From contig CBDCCI010000002.1 of assembly GCA_965214705.1 (NCBI GenBank), positions 1,728,001 through 1,792,000 of the forward strand: a stretch of 64,000 bases of DNA. The letters run 5' to 3'. The translations under genes were made by a program, and so were the position numbers. The notes beneath the pieces were generated by a model. The model had not been told where the DNA came from. It did not search any database and worked only from the letters and a program-made list of their open reading frames with translations. The DNA comes from Alphaproteobacteria bacterium (GTDB taxonomy: Bacteria; Pseudomonadota; Alphaproteobacteria; UBA828). This document shows positions 1 through 10,975 of the stretch, one piece after another (position 1 is the first letter of the stretch; each line of letters opens with the position of its first letter).

Positions 1-153
1 CGCACCGGCTTCGCGCCCGAGAACAACGCGCTCTGCACCAACATCGCGATCGCGCTCATCATCCACAAAACCGACTTCGACAGCGTCGCCTCGGCAACCC
101 GCCACTTCGCGCTCCAGCGCGAGGACGCCTTCGCCGCGATCCTTTCCCCCTGA
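1..153 (+). CDS. C-terminal end of an ISAs1-family transposase (partial, runs off window)
   Basis: Frame 1 reads RTGFAPENNALCTNIAIALI...FAAILSP*, resembling the ISAs1 C-terminal R-x-G-x-APEN motif. Confidence 0.6.
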   Translation, partial: RTGFAPENNALCTNIAIALIIHKTDFDSVASATRHFALQREDAFAAILSP

Positions 154-349
154 GCGCCACCACGCCGTCCGATCCGGACGGCAGACAATGGCGGTGTGCA
201 ACCTCGTCACCGCTCAGCTGTCAGCACTGACGTTCATTGCGGCCAAGCCAACGTCTCGCCCGAACCGAGAGCCGTGAGCCTGCGAATCGGGCTATCGCGC
301 GGGAGCCGCAACACCCGAAATCGCCCGAACGCGGCCCAGATCGTCCGCA

Positions 350-630
350 TTTGGGGAGCGTGGGATAGTCCTGGACGATGCGCTGTCGGACCTTGCCGCC
401 GTCGCGCACGCCCTCGACGAGTTGCACCGAGCGGCGCGGGCTGTTGGGGGTGGTCTTGATACGCACGAACATGGGGGAAGCATAGCGAGCGGCGGCGCCA
501 TAGACAACTCAAAATAACTACTAGGCACAACAAGGCGGCTTGACCGCACCGTAACTGCCAAGTCATTGTCTTTACTGGAATCCCGAACCGGGATTCCAGC
601 GTAAACTCGGCTCAACCGTCGAAGTCAGGA
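350..630 (-). mobile_element. IS1634-family left-end remnant with truncated transposase N-terminus
   Basis: ORF 221..472 starts MFVRIKTTPNSPRRSVQLVEGVRDGGKVRQRIV (IS1634-like); end cctgacttcgacggttgagccgag is shared with the copy at 10620. Confidence 0.7.
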
Positions 631-692
631 ATACTCCTACTCGCCATCTCCATGCTCCATGTGGAGTTCCTTCGACCCTGGAGACAAGCTCA

Positions 693-1979
693 GTGGCACG
701 ATTTCGAGAAGACCTCAGCGAATGGGCACTGCATTTTATTCACGACCACAATCCGGATACCGACCCCACGGACAACGAAATCGACTACGAATTCTACGGT
801 GGCCTCCCCTACCACGAGAGTAAGGAAGTCAACGACCGCTTTGACGCGTGGAGAATCAGCGATGAATTCTATCCTATCGATCCCGACTCAGATGCCTTGC
901 AGGTATTGCTGAAGATCATTGCCGATGGCCACATTAGGGCGAGCTGGGCTTTCAGAAACAATCGGCCCACAATTTATGGACCCCGGGCCGCAGTATGCTT
1001 CACGGAAATGCCACTATACGCGTTGCTTGATTATGCCAGCCAAAGGGAGAAACACGCCGTCGCACCTTATGCGATTGGACTCTACAAACAAGAGCTGTTC
1101 CGCGCTGGCGCGAGACCCGTCATTTATGGGCTGACCGGAAAACACGCCGAGCAAAGAGATGGCTCGGTATCCTCCAGGTCATGGCCAAGAAAACTCACGC
1201 TGTCATGTGGGCTCGCCGAATCCGAACAATACCGCTATGTCGCAATGTCCTCCGATCCCATGCGAGCAATCAACTGGTCCCATGAGCGGGAATGGCGATG
1301 GGCCGATCACCAGGATCGATGTTCCTGCCCCGGAGTGCCAATTTGGCTGTCCGACGAGCCTACTTGGTTCACGCGTGTATTCATTGTGGTGCCGAATTCC
1401 GTAGCCATGGACCGCGTACTGAACAGACTGAAGGAGCTTCACGACGCGGGAGCGAATGACGCGGACCACGCGTTCTCGAGAAAAATGCTGCGTTCGACCG
1501 CAGTAGTCGCACTGGATCGTCTGGAACAGGGGATTGGAGACAAACCAATCAATCAATTGCGTCTCGACGACATCTCGCCGTCATATATGCAAGTCTTCGA
1601 GCGGCCGCCTGCATCCCGCGAATTGTTGAAGAAGGCAAGCAATGTCCTGAAGGAGGCGAGAATTTCGGCCGACCAAGCGGGCGCCACCCATTACGAGTCG
1701 GCCCCAAGAACGAAAGACGGCCACCACATCGCGGATGTTGCCGGCTGGGCTCACCTTGTCATCCATGACGGCCAAACTCCCTTGATCTCCGCACTCTTGG
1801 AGTTGAACGAAATCTATTCCGTTCCCGGGGAAGGATATTACTTTCGCAATGTCGGTGGCCTTGGCTGGAAAGACCACCAGGCACTCTCGCTAGCTGAGGC
1901 CGCTGTACGCGCCGCCATGGAAGTCTTCGAGAAACACTTTCCAGAGACCTCGTTCAGCATGACGACAAGATGGGACTGA
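693..1979 (+). CDS. DUF4427/AbiGi-like protein (putative ADP-ribosyltransferase-fold defence protein)
   Basis: 428 aa, lower GC; motifs LHF, WAFRNNRPTIYGPRAAVCFTEMPL, YAIGL.K, NWSHEREWRW typical of AbiGi/DUF4427 proteins. Confidence 0.6.
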   Translation: MARFREDLSEWALHFIHDHNPDTDPTDNEIDYEFYGGLPYHESKEVNDRFDAWRISDEFYPIDPDSDALQVLLKIIADGHIRASWAFRNNRPTIYGPRAAVCFTEMPLYALLDYASQREKHAVAPYAIGLYKQELFRAGARPVIYGLTGKHAEQRDGSVSSRSWPRKLTLSCGLAESEQYRYVAMSSDPMRAINWSHEREWRWADHQDRCSCPGVPIWLSDEPTWFTRVFIVVPNSVAMDRVLNRLKELHDAGANDADHAFSRKMLRSTAVVALDRLEQGIGDKPINQLRLDDISPSYMQVFERPPASRELLKKASNVLKEARISADQAGATHYESAPRTKDGHHIADVAGWAHLVIHDGQTPLISALLELNEIYSVPGEGYYFRNVGGLGWKDHQALSLAEAAVRAAMEVFEKHFPETSFSMTTRWD

Positions 1980-2115
1980 TGCTGTTGTACGTCGCGGCGT
2001 AGCTATTCGCGAAGAGGCTTCTCCCTTTGATTCCAGTTACGAAAGATGTTGGGGGCAGTTTGCGAATGGGGTGGACGAGGCGCGGGGCTCTTGGTCCTGG
2101 CAAGGCGCCGTCATA

Positions 2116-3332
2116 CCAAACGCAAATCATATGAACCGATACGGTGAGGCATCGGGATCAGCATGATGGCGCGACGGCCCAGTTGCGCCGGGTCGTTTTC
2201 GTGATGACGTCGGGCTGGTCGGTCAGCCATTGCCACCCCGCCCAGCAGGCCTCCTTCAGGGCAGCCACATCCTTGAACACGCGGTTGGCGAAGCGGTTCG
2301 ATTTCAGGAACAGAATGATCTGCTCCATCGGATTGAGTTCCGGACTGTAGGGCGGCAGATGCAGGAGCGTCAGGTTGGGTGGCACAACCAGATCGCCCGA
2401 GCGATGCCAGCCTGCGCCGTCCAGCACGATCACCCCGTGCGTACCCGGCGCCACGGCCGCGCCGATCGCCGCCAGATGCTCGTTCATCGACGCCGTGTTC
2501 GCCCTGTCCGCCACATGGGCGATGCCGACGCCGCGCTGTGCGCAGGTGGCGCCGAACAGATAGACGTAGCCATAGCGATGGTCGCGCACGATGCGCGGAC
2601 GCTGCTTCCCATGCGCCCACACCCGCGTCGTCATCCCCTTCTGGCCGACGCGCGCTTCGTCCTGGAACCAGATCTCGATCGGACCCGCCAGCGCCTCAGG
2701 GCTGAGCATCGACGCCAACGTTGCCTCGAAGTCCGTCACGAACTCCTTCTGCCGCTCTTGATCGGCTTTGGGGTGGACCGGTCGTCCCGAGACAAAGCGA
2801 AACCCGGCCCTCCGGAGCATCATACGGGCGCCGCTCTCCGTATAGATGACCCCGAAGGCCTCCTCGATTTTCCCGACGATGTCCTGAACCCGCCAGCGCG
2901 TCACCCCGTCCCGCTCAAGATCGGGACCCGCCTTGAGCCACGCGCCGACCTCGGCGATTTGCGCCTCCGTCAACCGGCCCTCGCTCCCGCCGCGAGGACG
3001 ATCCGCAAGGCCGTCGAAGCCCTCCGCGTTGTAGCGCAACACCCAGTCGCGCAGGATTTGAAGCTCCATGCCCTGCGCCCGCGCCGCCTCCGTACGAGAC
3101 GCGCCATCCATGATCATCGCGATCGCACGCGCGCGCGAGGCTTGCTTGGCGTCCCCGCACTGCTTTGCCAGCTCATGGACCTCGTCCGCCGTGTGTTCCG
3201 TCCAGGTTATCGGCGTTGCCGCACTCATCGTCCTCCTCCGGCGCTGGTGAGTCGATCACCACAGTCTATGGAGGTGGTCCAGCTCGTCACCACAACATAT
3301 TGGGCCGGTGAGTCAATTTGGAACGCGCTTGG
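2116..3332 (-). mobile_element. IS630-family insertion sequence
   Basis: Imperfect IRs ccaaacgc...gcgcttgg, each flanked by TA (2114-2115, 3333-3334). Confidence 0.85.
2158..3228 (-). CDS. IS630-family transposase
   Basis: N-terminal HTH plus DDE motifs WFQDEARVG, VLDGAGWH, LPPYSPELNPME. Confidence 0.95.
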   Translation of the reverse strand: MSAATPITWTEHTADEVHELAKQCGDAKQASRARAIAMIMDGASRTEAARAQGMELQILRDWVLRYNAEGFDGLADRPRGGSEGRLTEAQIAEVGAWLKAGPDLERDGVTRWRVQDIVGKIEEAFGVIYTESGARMMLRRAGFRFVSGRPVHPKADQERQKEFVTDFEATLASMLSPEALAGPIEIWFQDEARVGQKGMTTRVWAHGKQRPRIVRDHRYGYVYLFGATCAQRGVGIAHVADRANTASMNEHLAAIGAAVAPGTHGVIVLDGAGWHRSGDLVVPPNLTLLHLPPYSPELNPMEQIILFLKSNRFANRVFKDVAALKEACWAGWQWLTDQPDVITKTTRRNWAVAPSC

Positions 3333-3769
3333 TATCAGATGCCGTCTGGCGAGCTGGGGAGCCGCTGTGGCGGCGCTGATCGGATTGGCTTGGCGAACGG
3401 CGGCGAGCGGCCGCTGAGATCAGGCGCGTTGTTTGACGATGTCGCGGTAGCTGGCGGGTGGCACTCGGGTGCCGATGGCAAGCAGGGTATCGAAACAAAG
3501 GGAATTATATACCAACGCAGGACCAATTTTTTGTCGTCATCAAGTGCCAAGAATCAGTGCGGAGTGGCCGCCTGCGAGGTTGGTGCTACCTCCATGAGGC
3601 CCAAACCGGCGCTCAGACAACAAAATGCGTCCCAAAATGGGTCGCTGAATACGCCCACGCCGCGCCTTGTCGGACAAAAAACGAGCCCTGTATACCAACG
3701 TTGACGGCGACCAGTTAGCCCGCTAGCCTGTCGCGCGTACCCACTTGCGCACTGCGTGAATCGGGAGGG

Positions 3770-4528
3770 TTGGCGATGGGACGGGTTTCCCTGTGGGCGA
3801 TTATGGCGCTCGCAATTGCCTTAGTGCCTGGAATTGCGAAAGCGGATGCCGTCGACTGCAAATTGTCGGAGGTGACGAGTCTCCTGGACGAGGCGAAACA
3901 AATCACAAGCAAAGTAAAACGTGGCAATTATTTAAGTCCTTTTGACGAAATCAAAGCCGATTATGTCTACAATATGGGTATCAATTGTTACAAGGCCGGG
4001 AAAAGACCAGAGGCGCGCTCGTTGTTTAGAAGCCTGCATTTAATAGACAGAATCGATTCAAACTATATGGCTCTGAGGATAGATCTCGAGGACGAAAATA
4101 TGGCTCTGGGCACCAACATTCGTCTTGCCATACTTCACCACATGGCGGAGGCGGGATATGGGCCGGCCCAACAGTATTTGGGTGCTGTTTACTGCGGCCT
4201 CGCCCCCCTGGCTCGCCCTGTCTCCCAAGACTTCCCCGAATGCGCGAGGTGGCTCAAGAAAGCTGCAGAGCTTGGGGAAACTTGGTCACAGGCATACTTG
4301 GCGGGCATGTATGCCATGGGGGAAGGAGTTCCGCAGCACCGCATTCGGGCATACGCTTGGGTGAGCATCGCCGTCGCCAATGGTTTCGACGGGATCGAGG
4401 CTCGTGACGAACTCGCCAGCATGCTGAGTGAGGCAGAACTTACCAAAGCTCAGGAGCTGTCCGCTGAGCTTTGGGAACAGATCCAAGATCGCAAGAACAA
4501 TCCAGCACCCAAGGGAGACACACCATGA
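3770..4528 (+). CDS. Secreted Sel1-like repeat protein
   Basis: Hydrophobic signal peptide ending AKA; SLR motifs AEAGYGPAQQYLG, WLKKAAELG..SQAYLAGMYAMGEGVPQ..RAYAW. Confidence 0.85.
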   Translation: MAMGRVSLWAIMALAIALVPGIAKADAVDCKLSEVTSLLDEAKQITSKVKRGNYLSPFDEIKADYVYNMGINCYKAGKRPEARSLFRSLHLIDRIDSNYMALRIDLEDENMALGTNIRLAILHHMAEAGYGPAQQYLGAVYCGLAPLARPVSQDFPECARWLKKAAELGETWSQAYLAGMYAMGEGVPQHRIRAYAWVSIAVANGFDGIEARDELASMLSEAELTKAQELSAELWEQIQDRKNNPAPKGDTP

Positions 4529-5123
4529 CAATCGAAACGGTGTGGTCCTGAACTCGATATTGTTGGGGTGCGTCAGGTAGTGGAGTAGGTCGTTTTCTCT
4601 CCTGCATATATGTTACATTACAGGTGATTGGGTCGTTTCGCAAGAGAATTGTGGCGGCTTTTATCTGATATAAAATTTTACGCTTCGAACCGATCGGTTG
4701 CAATCTGGGAAGTGAAGGCGTATGTCAGGGGTGGTGAGGCTGTCTGTGCGCAGAAACACACGATGGATATTCTTGTTGGTAGAGGGGGTAAGGCGGTGGG
4801 TGCTCGTGACGTATGCGGATGGGCAGTCCGTAACTGTTTTAAAGGCTTATCCCTCTGGCTCCGGTTCCCCAACATGTTGTACCGATCACCTCGGCGGCGG
4901 TATCCGACACGGTCGCAGTTCCTTCCGTGTCTCAACGGGTTGCCCGTAAAGTGCCCAGCGATCCGGCACCCCACATATGGAGAAGCCGGATGTAAGGGGA
5001 TAAGCCTTCTGTTTTATATGGTGTTATGAACTGTTTTATATGGTGTTATGCAGGTGTTTGCGGCACGAACGCGGGTCCTTCGAGGTTTGTCACGCAGTAT
5101 TGCACCGTCCCCGGGGTGCCCTC

Positions 5124-5396
5124 ATGAGCAGCCGGCCGGCGGAGCGCCGCAAACAGCACGCGGTGATGACGACGGCAAGCGAATGGGCGCGAATCCGCGA
5201 ACTCGCTGCCGACGCAGGCATGGATCTCTCGCGCTACATCGTGCACAGGGCGAGCGCGCCGGACCCGCTGCCGGGTGCCGTTCTGCGCCGCGCGGTGCGC
5301 GAGCTTCTGCTGCTCGCCAGGATCGAGCAACAGCGCATGGCCGACATGGGGCTGGAGGAGCGCTGGAACGCGCTTGGCGATGCCGTCGATGCCTAG
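5124..5396 (+). CDS. Small ribbon-helix-helix (MobC/CopG-like) DNA-binding protein
   Basis: RKQHAVMTTASEWARIRELAADAGMDLSRYIV has the beta-alpha-alpha RHH pattern; homologous start at 52494. Confidence 0.6.
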   Translation: MSSRPAERRKQHAVMTTASEWARIRELAADAGMDLSRYIVHRASAPDPLPGAVLRRAVRELLLLARIEQQRMADMGLEERWNALGDAVDA

Positions 5397-5483
5397 GAGG
5401 ATGCCCTCTCGCGGCCGAGCGCACGATCGCCTCTCGTATACGCCCTTCGGAGCAAGGGATCGGTGAGCCGTCCCACGCGCTGG

Positions 5484-5613
5484 GCAGCTCTCGGTGCCAT
5501 CGCGCCTGCTTGCGATCATTGACGAAGCCGCATTGCGGGAGGGGGTATCCCGCTCCGGACTCATCGCCTGCGCGGCACTCAGTTTCGTGGAACGGCGGGC
5601 GAGGGAGCGATAG
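5484..5613 (+). pseudogene. RHH fragment resembling a HicB antitoxin C-terminus
   Basis: Reads QLSVPSRLLAIIDEAALREGVSRSGLIACAA...*; no clear start codon. Confidence 0.35.
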
Positions 5614-5727
5614 AAGCGCGTGCGTTCGCCGGAGCGGGGTTGTCCGGCGGCCCGCTTCGGACCTCCCGCCACAGACGGAGGGCCAGGTCGAACTCGCCAT
5701 CGACGAGCGCGACCGCGGCGCGCAGGG

Positions 5728-5819
5728 TGTTGTTCGGCGTGCAACTTGGACCCCCCAGTATCGAGCCGCTTCAATGGCTTATCGCGCCGATCAGCGCGCA
5801 ATCCACGCGCCGAACAACA
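5728..5819. mobile_element. 92-bp miniature element with IS21-like ends
   Basis: Perfect 12-bp terminal IRs tgttgttcggcg...cgccgaacaaca (TG...CA); it truncates the adjacent IS110 ORF. Confidence 0.55.
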
Positions 5820-6735
5820 ATGGTATCGGCGTCGGCCTTGATGCCCCGGTGGCGGAGCGCCGCCAGGTGCTCCGGGTCGCGCTCGCCGTCGACGATCGCG
5901 CGCAGGATGCGCTGGCCGGTCAGCCCCACGATGTTGGCGATCACCGAATCAAGCCTGACGTTCATCTCGGTCAGCGCCTTCTGCATGTGCAGGACGCAGC
6001 GGGAGCGGTCCTCGGTCAGCCGCCTCATCTGGCGTGCGTAGGAGCGCAGCGGGCAAACCTCGTCGCCCGGACGGAACGCGCCACGCAGCAGCCCGTAGGA
6101 CATCAGCTGCCAGATCCACTGGCAGTCCAGCACGTCGCTCTTGCGCCCGCCGATCTGCTTCGTCATGCGCGGCGGCACGAGCATCACCTCGAAGCCCGCG
6201 CGCTCCAGCGTCTCGTAGACCGGGATCCAGTAAACCGAGGTCGACTCCATCGCCACCTTCGTCACCCCGCACGACGCCAGCCACGCCGCCATCGCCTCCA
6301 GATCGCGGGTGAAGGAGCCGAACGAACGCACCGGCTCATCGCTGCGTTCCGGGTCGACTGCCACGAAGTGCCGATCCTTGCCGATGTCGATCCCTGCGCA
6401 GTCCGGGTTCACCACCCTGAGGCGCCGGGTTCTGCGAGACTTGCGCGCCATGGAACATCCTCCCGCCTTTCGTCTCCGCCGCGGGCGGGGAGGAACCATG
6501 GTCGAAGTCCCATTCTCTTGAACGAGGTCGCGGGAAACCCGCGCCATCGGTGACCGGCGGCGACTATATGGTTCGGGCCAAGCTTAACAGCGGGTGCCGC
6601 TACAGCACGCCAGTGCGCGAACGGCCTCTTCACCCCACCCGCGGCCAGTTCACGACCGAGCCGTCGCAGACACAAGCCCCCGTTACTCCCCGCGACCGAG
6701 CCGGAGCGACGCACAGGTGGAGGCTTAACAGCACC
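5820..6735 (-). mobile_element. IS110-family element, 3'-truncated (recombinase from 6451; upstream non-coding end 6452-6735)
   Basis: DEDD RuvC motifs CAGIDIGK, VAMESTSVYW, RKSDVLDC; ORF breaks at the mini-element. Confidence 0.85.
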
Positions 6736-6880
6736 GCTGGAAGCCGCGCACCCTGAAGGTGAACCGCGACTACCTCCATCTGCAGATCCTGCCCTTTTTC
6801 GCGGGCAGGCCCATCGGAGAGATAACCTAGGAGGACGTGCGGGCCTGGTTCCGTGGGCTGCACGCGGCGCCCGCCGCAAC
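6735..6880 (+). pseudogene. Fragment of a further arm-type integrase
   Basis: RWKPRTLKVNRDYLHLQILPFFAGRPIGEIT*EDVRAWF aligns with the integrases at 13866 and 23394; in-frame stop. Confidence 0.7.
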
Positions 6881-7698
6881 GAGTTTGGCCACAGCCAACC
6901 CCCATCCACTTGACTTACATCGGTTTCCCATCAGGACACAGATTCTCTGTAGCACAAAGAGTCGTCTTCTGCCAAGATCGCAGAGTTAAGTCTTATGAGC
7001 TTCAGCTTTGGAGTTAGAGACGTGTCTAGTGCATACTCCGTCGCCAACACCATCAAGGTGGCCAGTCACCGCAGTTTTCGCAACTTCTATCAAGCGGCTT
7101 GCTACCTTCAGGGCAAAGAACATTCCCCTTTCGGGACGCTCAAGGTAAAGGAGACTTCGATAAGCTACACGCGAAAGATTATGCGTGAGACAGGTATGAC
7201 ACTGGCTCAAGTGGAAGAGTGGGCCGCTAGCAGAATGCAGTAGTGCATTTTGGAGGTCCGCACTAGCCTGTATCGGTTTCAGATAAAGACTTCCTACTGA
7301 ACAATTTTCGATGGGACAACTGTTGGAACGTATGAAATGACGGTATGATCGCAAGACACTATCCCTACTCCGCCAAATCGCAAAGGTGATGGATGTGGTG
7401 CCGTCTAAACCCTCGAAGGCGTCCCAGCCTAAGAGCGACGACGATCCAGATATCGAAGATGGCGAAGCATCTGATCTTGACCAAATTGACGCCAATCAGA
7501 GAGACCAAGAAGCCAGAAAGTCTTCGAGAAATTCTCGTCCATGAGATGGTGCCTCCTGGATGGGAGCTTGCCCATGAGCTCTCTCCCCGTGGGTTGAGCC
7601 AGCGCGCGACCACCGCGCGCTTCCAAGGCCGGCTCCGTTGCTGCGGAGCCGACCCCACTTCTGACATGTGGTGAAGACCAAAGTCAAGGTGGCGTAGA

Positions 7699-7962
7699 AT
7701 GGTCGGAGAAGCCTGGAAGAACGTCGTGACTCACAAGCGTTTTTGCGCTGATATTCAAGGTCTGGTGAACAAAGCGCAAGCTATCGGTGATCCATCAGAA
7801 CAAGAATTGAATAAGGCGCTTGAACGTGTGAAATCACGAGAGCTTATTCGTGCGCAGAATGCTACAGTTGATCTTGGTCGAGTGAAAGGTCTCTGTTCAG
7901 ATGAACAGTTGCGCAAGCAGATCGAGACTATTGGGCGCGAACTTGATACGGTGGTCTATTAG
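7699..7962 (+). CDS. Hypothetical protein or gene remnant in a low-GC segment
   Basis: 87-aa ORF with plausible helical composition; no recognised motif. Confidence 0.3.
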   Translation: MVGEAWKNVVTHKRFCADIQGLVNKAQAIGDPSEQELNKALERVKSRELIRAQNATVDLGRVKGLCSDEQLRKQIETIGRELDTVVY

Positions 7963-7969
7963 GAACTAA

Positions 7970-8901
7970 GTGTCCGGCCCGAAACGAATTGAGTGATTTC
8001 AGTTGGTTATGCTTCACTGGTTGTGTCCGAGCAATCAGCGAGGCACAAGATGTGGACTGAAATCACTCGACCGAAGTATGACCGTACGGGGCTTCGTTAC
8101 GCAAGCGATCTGACCGATGCCGAATGGCGCGTGATCGAACCGCATATGCCGGCGCCGCAGGCTCTGGGCCGGCCGCGGACGACGGACCTGCGGGAGGTGG
8201 TAAACGCCATCCTGTATGTCTTGCGCTCGGGCTGCCCCTGGCGGTTGCTGCCGAAGGACTTTCCGCCGCGTTCGACGGTGCAGCGCTATTTCGCCGCGTG
8301 GCGGGACGACGAGCGGTGGGCGCGCATCAATCACCATCTCCTGATGGCGGCCCGCGAGGCCGAGGGGCGCGAGGCCAGCCCATCGGCCGGCGTCATCGAC
8401 AGCCAGTCGGTCAAGACCACGGAAAGTGGCGGTCCACGGGGCTTTGACGCGGGCAAGAAGATCAAGGGCCGCAAGCGCCACATCCTCACCGACACCGGCG
8501 GTCTGCTGGTTGCCGCTCAGGTCCACGCCGCCAACATCCAGGATCGCGACGGCGCCCCCTCGGTGCTCGCGTCCATCCGCCACGCCTTCCCCTGGCTGCG
8601 TCGCGTCTTCGCCGACGGCGCCTATGCCGGCCCCAAGCTCGCGGCGGCTTTGCAGCGGATCGGTCGGTGGACCCTGGAGATTGTCAAACGCCCGCACGGC
8701 GCACGAGGTTTCGACGTCCTGCCGCGCCGCTGGGTGGTCGAGCGCACCCTGGCTTGGTTGAACCGCAATCGACGGCTCGCCAAGGACTTCGAGGCCAGCG
8801 TCGCCACTGCCCAAGCGTGGCTCTTCATCGCCAGCGTTCAAGCTCCTTACCAGAAGACTGGTAAGATATCGCAAATCAATACCTTATTATGGGCCAGACT
8901 C
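7970..8901 (+). mobile_element. IS5-family (IS1031 group) element; transposase 8050..8904
   Basis: IRs gtgtccggcccgaaa / ttatgggccagactc, TAA duplication (7967-7969, 8902-8904); motifs YASDLTDAEW, IDSQSVK, ADGAY, RWVVERT. Confidence 0.92.
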
Positions 8902-8922
8902 TAAAGTAGCTAAAGGCAGAAT

Positions 8923-10588
8923 GTAACTGCCCAGGTTGTCTGATTTGTCATTTTGGGCCAGTGAGTTGAGGTGCGGTTCGCTCGGAATTGACGCGAAGGG
9001 CTTGACGGGAGTTTCGGAAAATGACTCAACAACGACATGACCAATCCCGAGTCGCCGCGCGGCCCTTCGACGGGGGCACAGCCCGAAAGTTCCGAGCAGA
9101 AGATCGCTCGCCTGGAGGAGGAGAACGCCTGGCTTCGGCAGCAGAATGCGCGGCTGGAGGAACAAAACACGCGTCTTGTCGAGCGTATCGAGGAGTTGGA
9201 ACGCCGTCTCGGACTGAGCAGTCGCAACAGCGCCAAGCCGCCGTCGAGCGATGGGTTGAAGAAGCCGAGGGCCAAGCGGCGAACCCAAAGCCAGCGGGGC
9301 AAATCGGGGCGCAAGCCGGGCGGTCAGCCCGGCCACAAGGGCGAGACGTTGCGCCGCACGGATCACCCGGACCGGGTGGAGAACCACGTTCCGGCTGCCT
9401 GCGAGGGATGCGGTTCGTCCCTGTCGGCGGCGGCCACGGCAGGGGTGTCGCACGCCCGCCAAGTCTTCGACCTGCCCGAGGCGCGTGCGCTGGAGGTGAC
9501 CGAGCACCGGGCGCATGCCAAGTGCTGCGGGCATTGCGGGACGGTGACGCGGGCGGCGTTCCCCGAGGGGGTGTCGGCGCCGGTGCAGTACGGGTCGCGC
9601 ATTGCCGGAGTGGCGGTCTACCTTCAGCACGCCCACTTCCTGCCGGAGGACCGGCTGTCGCAGGTGATGGCGGAGCTGTTCGGCGCGCCGGTGACGGCTG
9701 CGACGCTGGCGGCGATGAGCGACCGGGCGGCCGATCGGCTGCGGGGAGTTGCCACCCACATACAGGAGCTTGCGGCGGGCACGGCGCGGGTGAAGCACCT
9801 CGACGAGACCGGGTTGCGGATTGGCGGGCAAACGCAGTGGCTCCATGTGATCTGCACGCCGCATCTGGCGGCATTCCGGGTCAGCGCCAGGCGCGGCGAC
9901 CTGCTCTCGGGTGTTTCCGGCATCGTCGTTCACGATCACTGGAAGCCGTACTTCACGTTGGAGGGGGTGGAGCACGGCTTGTGCAACGCCCACCACCTGC
10001 GGGAGTTGCAGGCGCTGGTGGACATCGAAGGGGAAGGCTGGGCCGGATGCATGCAGCAGCTCCTGCGCCGGGCCAATCGCGCCGCCCGGATCGCGCAGGA
10101 CAAGGATATCGCCGTTCCGGCGAGGCTTGTGGCGCTGATCGAGCGCCGCTACGACAGGATCGTCGCCGAGGCGCTGGCCTTCCACGAGAGCCAGCCGCCG
10201 CTCTCGCCTCCCAAGCCCGGAAAGCGGGGACGCAGGAAGCGGCGGATCGGCCACAACCTCGCCCTGCGCCTGCGCGATCGAAAATGCGCGGTTCTCCGCT
10301 TCCTGACCGACCCCGAAGTGGCGTTCACCAACAACGAGGCCGAGCGCGACCTGCGGATGATGAAGCTGCGCCAGAAGATCTCCGGCGGCTTCCGATCCGC
10401 AAAGGGGGCCGAGAACTTCGCCATCCTGCGCAGCGTGATCACCACCGCCAGAAAGCAGGGCTGGAACATCATCGAAGCCCTGATGAGCCCATCGGATCGG
10501 CTCATCGCCACCGTCAAGTGCGCGTGAGCCTACCGGGCAAGAACTCCCCAACACCGGAATCACCTCAGTAAGCGACCTGGGCAGTTAC
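8923..10588 (+). mobile_element. IS66-family single-ORF (ISBst12-type) element; transposase 9037..10527
   Basis: IRs gtaactgcccaggt / acctgggcagttac; coiled coil, NSAKPPSSD, zinc finger, HLDETG, TNNEAERDLR; no matching 8-bp TSD. Confidence 0.92.
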
Positions 10589-10619
10589 TTCCGGTCATCG
10601 GTTTCTCTCCCTCAGTAGT

Positions 10620-10975
10620 CCTGACTTCGACGGTTGAGCCGAGTTTTCGCTGGAATCCCGGTACGGGATTCCAATAAAGACAATGACTTGGCAAGTGCGG
10701 CGCGGTCAAGACGCTTTGTTGTGCCTAGTATGTATTGTGGGTTGTCCATGGCGCCGCCGCTCGCTATGCTTCCCCATGTTCGTGCGCATCAAGACCACCC
10801 CCAACAGCCCGCGCCGCTCGGTGCAACTCGTCGAGGGCGTGCGCGACGGCGGCAAGGTCCGCCAGCGCATCGTCCGCCACATCGGCGTGGCCATGGACGA
10901 GGACGAGCGCCTGGGGCAACTCGGCGAGTACGTCAAGGCGAAGCTGACCTCCCTCCAGGACTATCCCACGCTGGC
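10620..10975 (+). mobile_element. IS1634-family left-end remnant (paralog of 350-630)
   Basis: MFVRIKTTPNSPRRSVQLVEGVRDGGKVRQRIVRHIG then degenerate. Confidence 0.7.

Noticed and set aside
4746-4960. gtgcg at 4746 as a group II intron start
   Set aside because: None of the domain I or domain V motifs seen in the two real introns follow it
5124-5613. Toxin-antitoxin module
   Set aside because: Only RHH-like pieces are visible; there is no toxin ORF
6886-7690. Low-GC segment with short ORFs and a possible IS end near 6970-6990
   Set aside because: No recognisable protein motif or matching IR; cannot be assigned by eye
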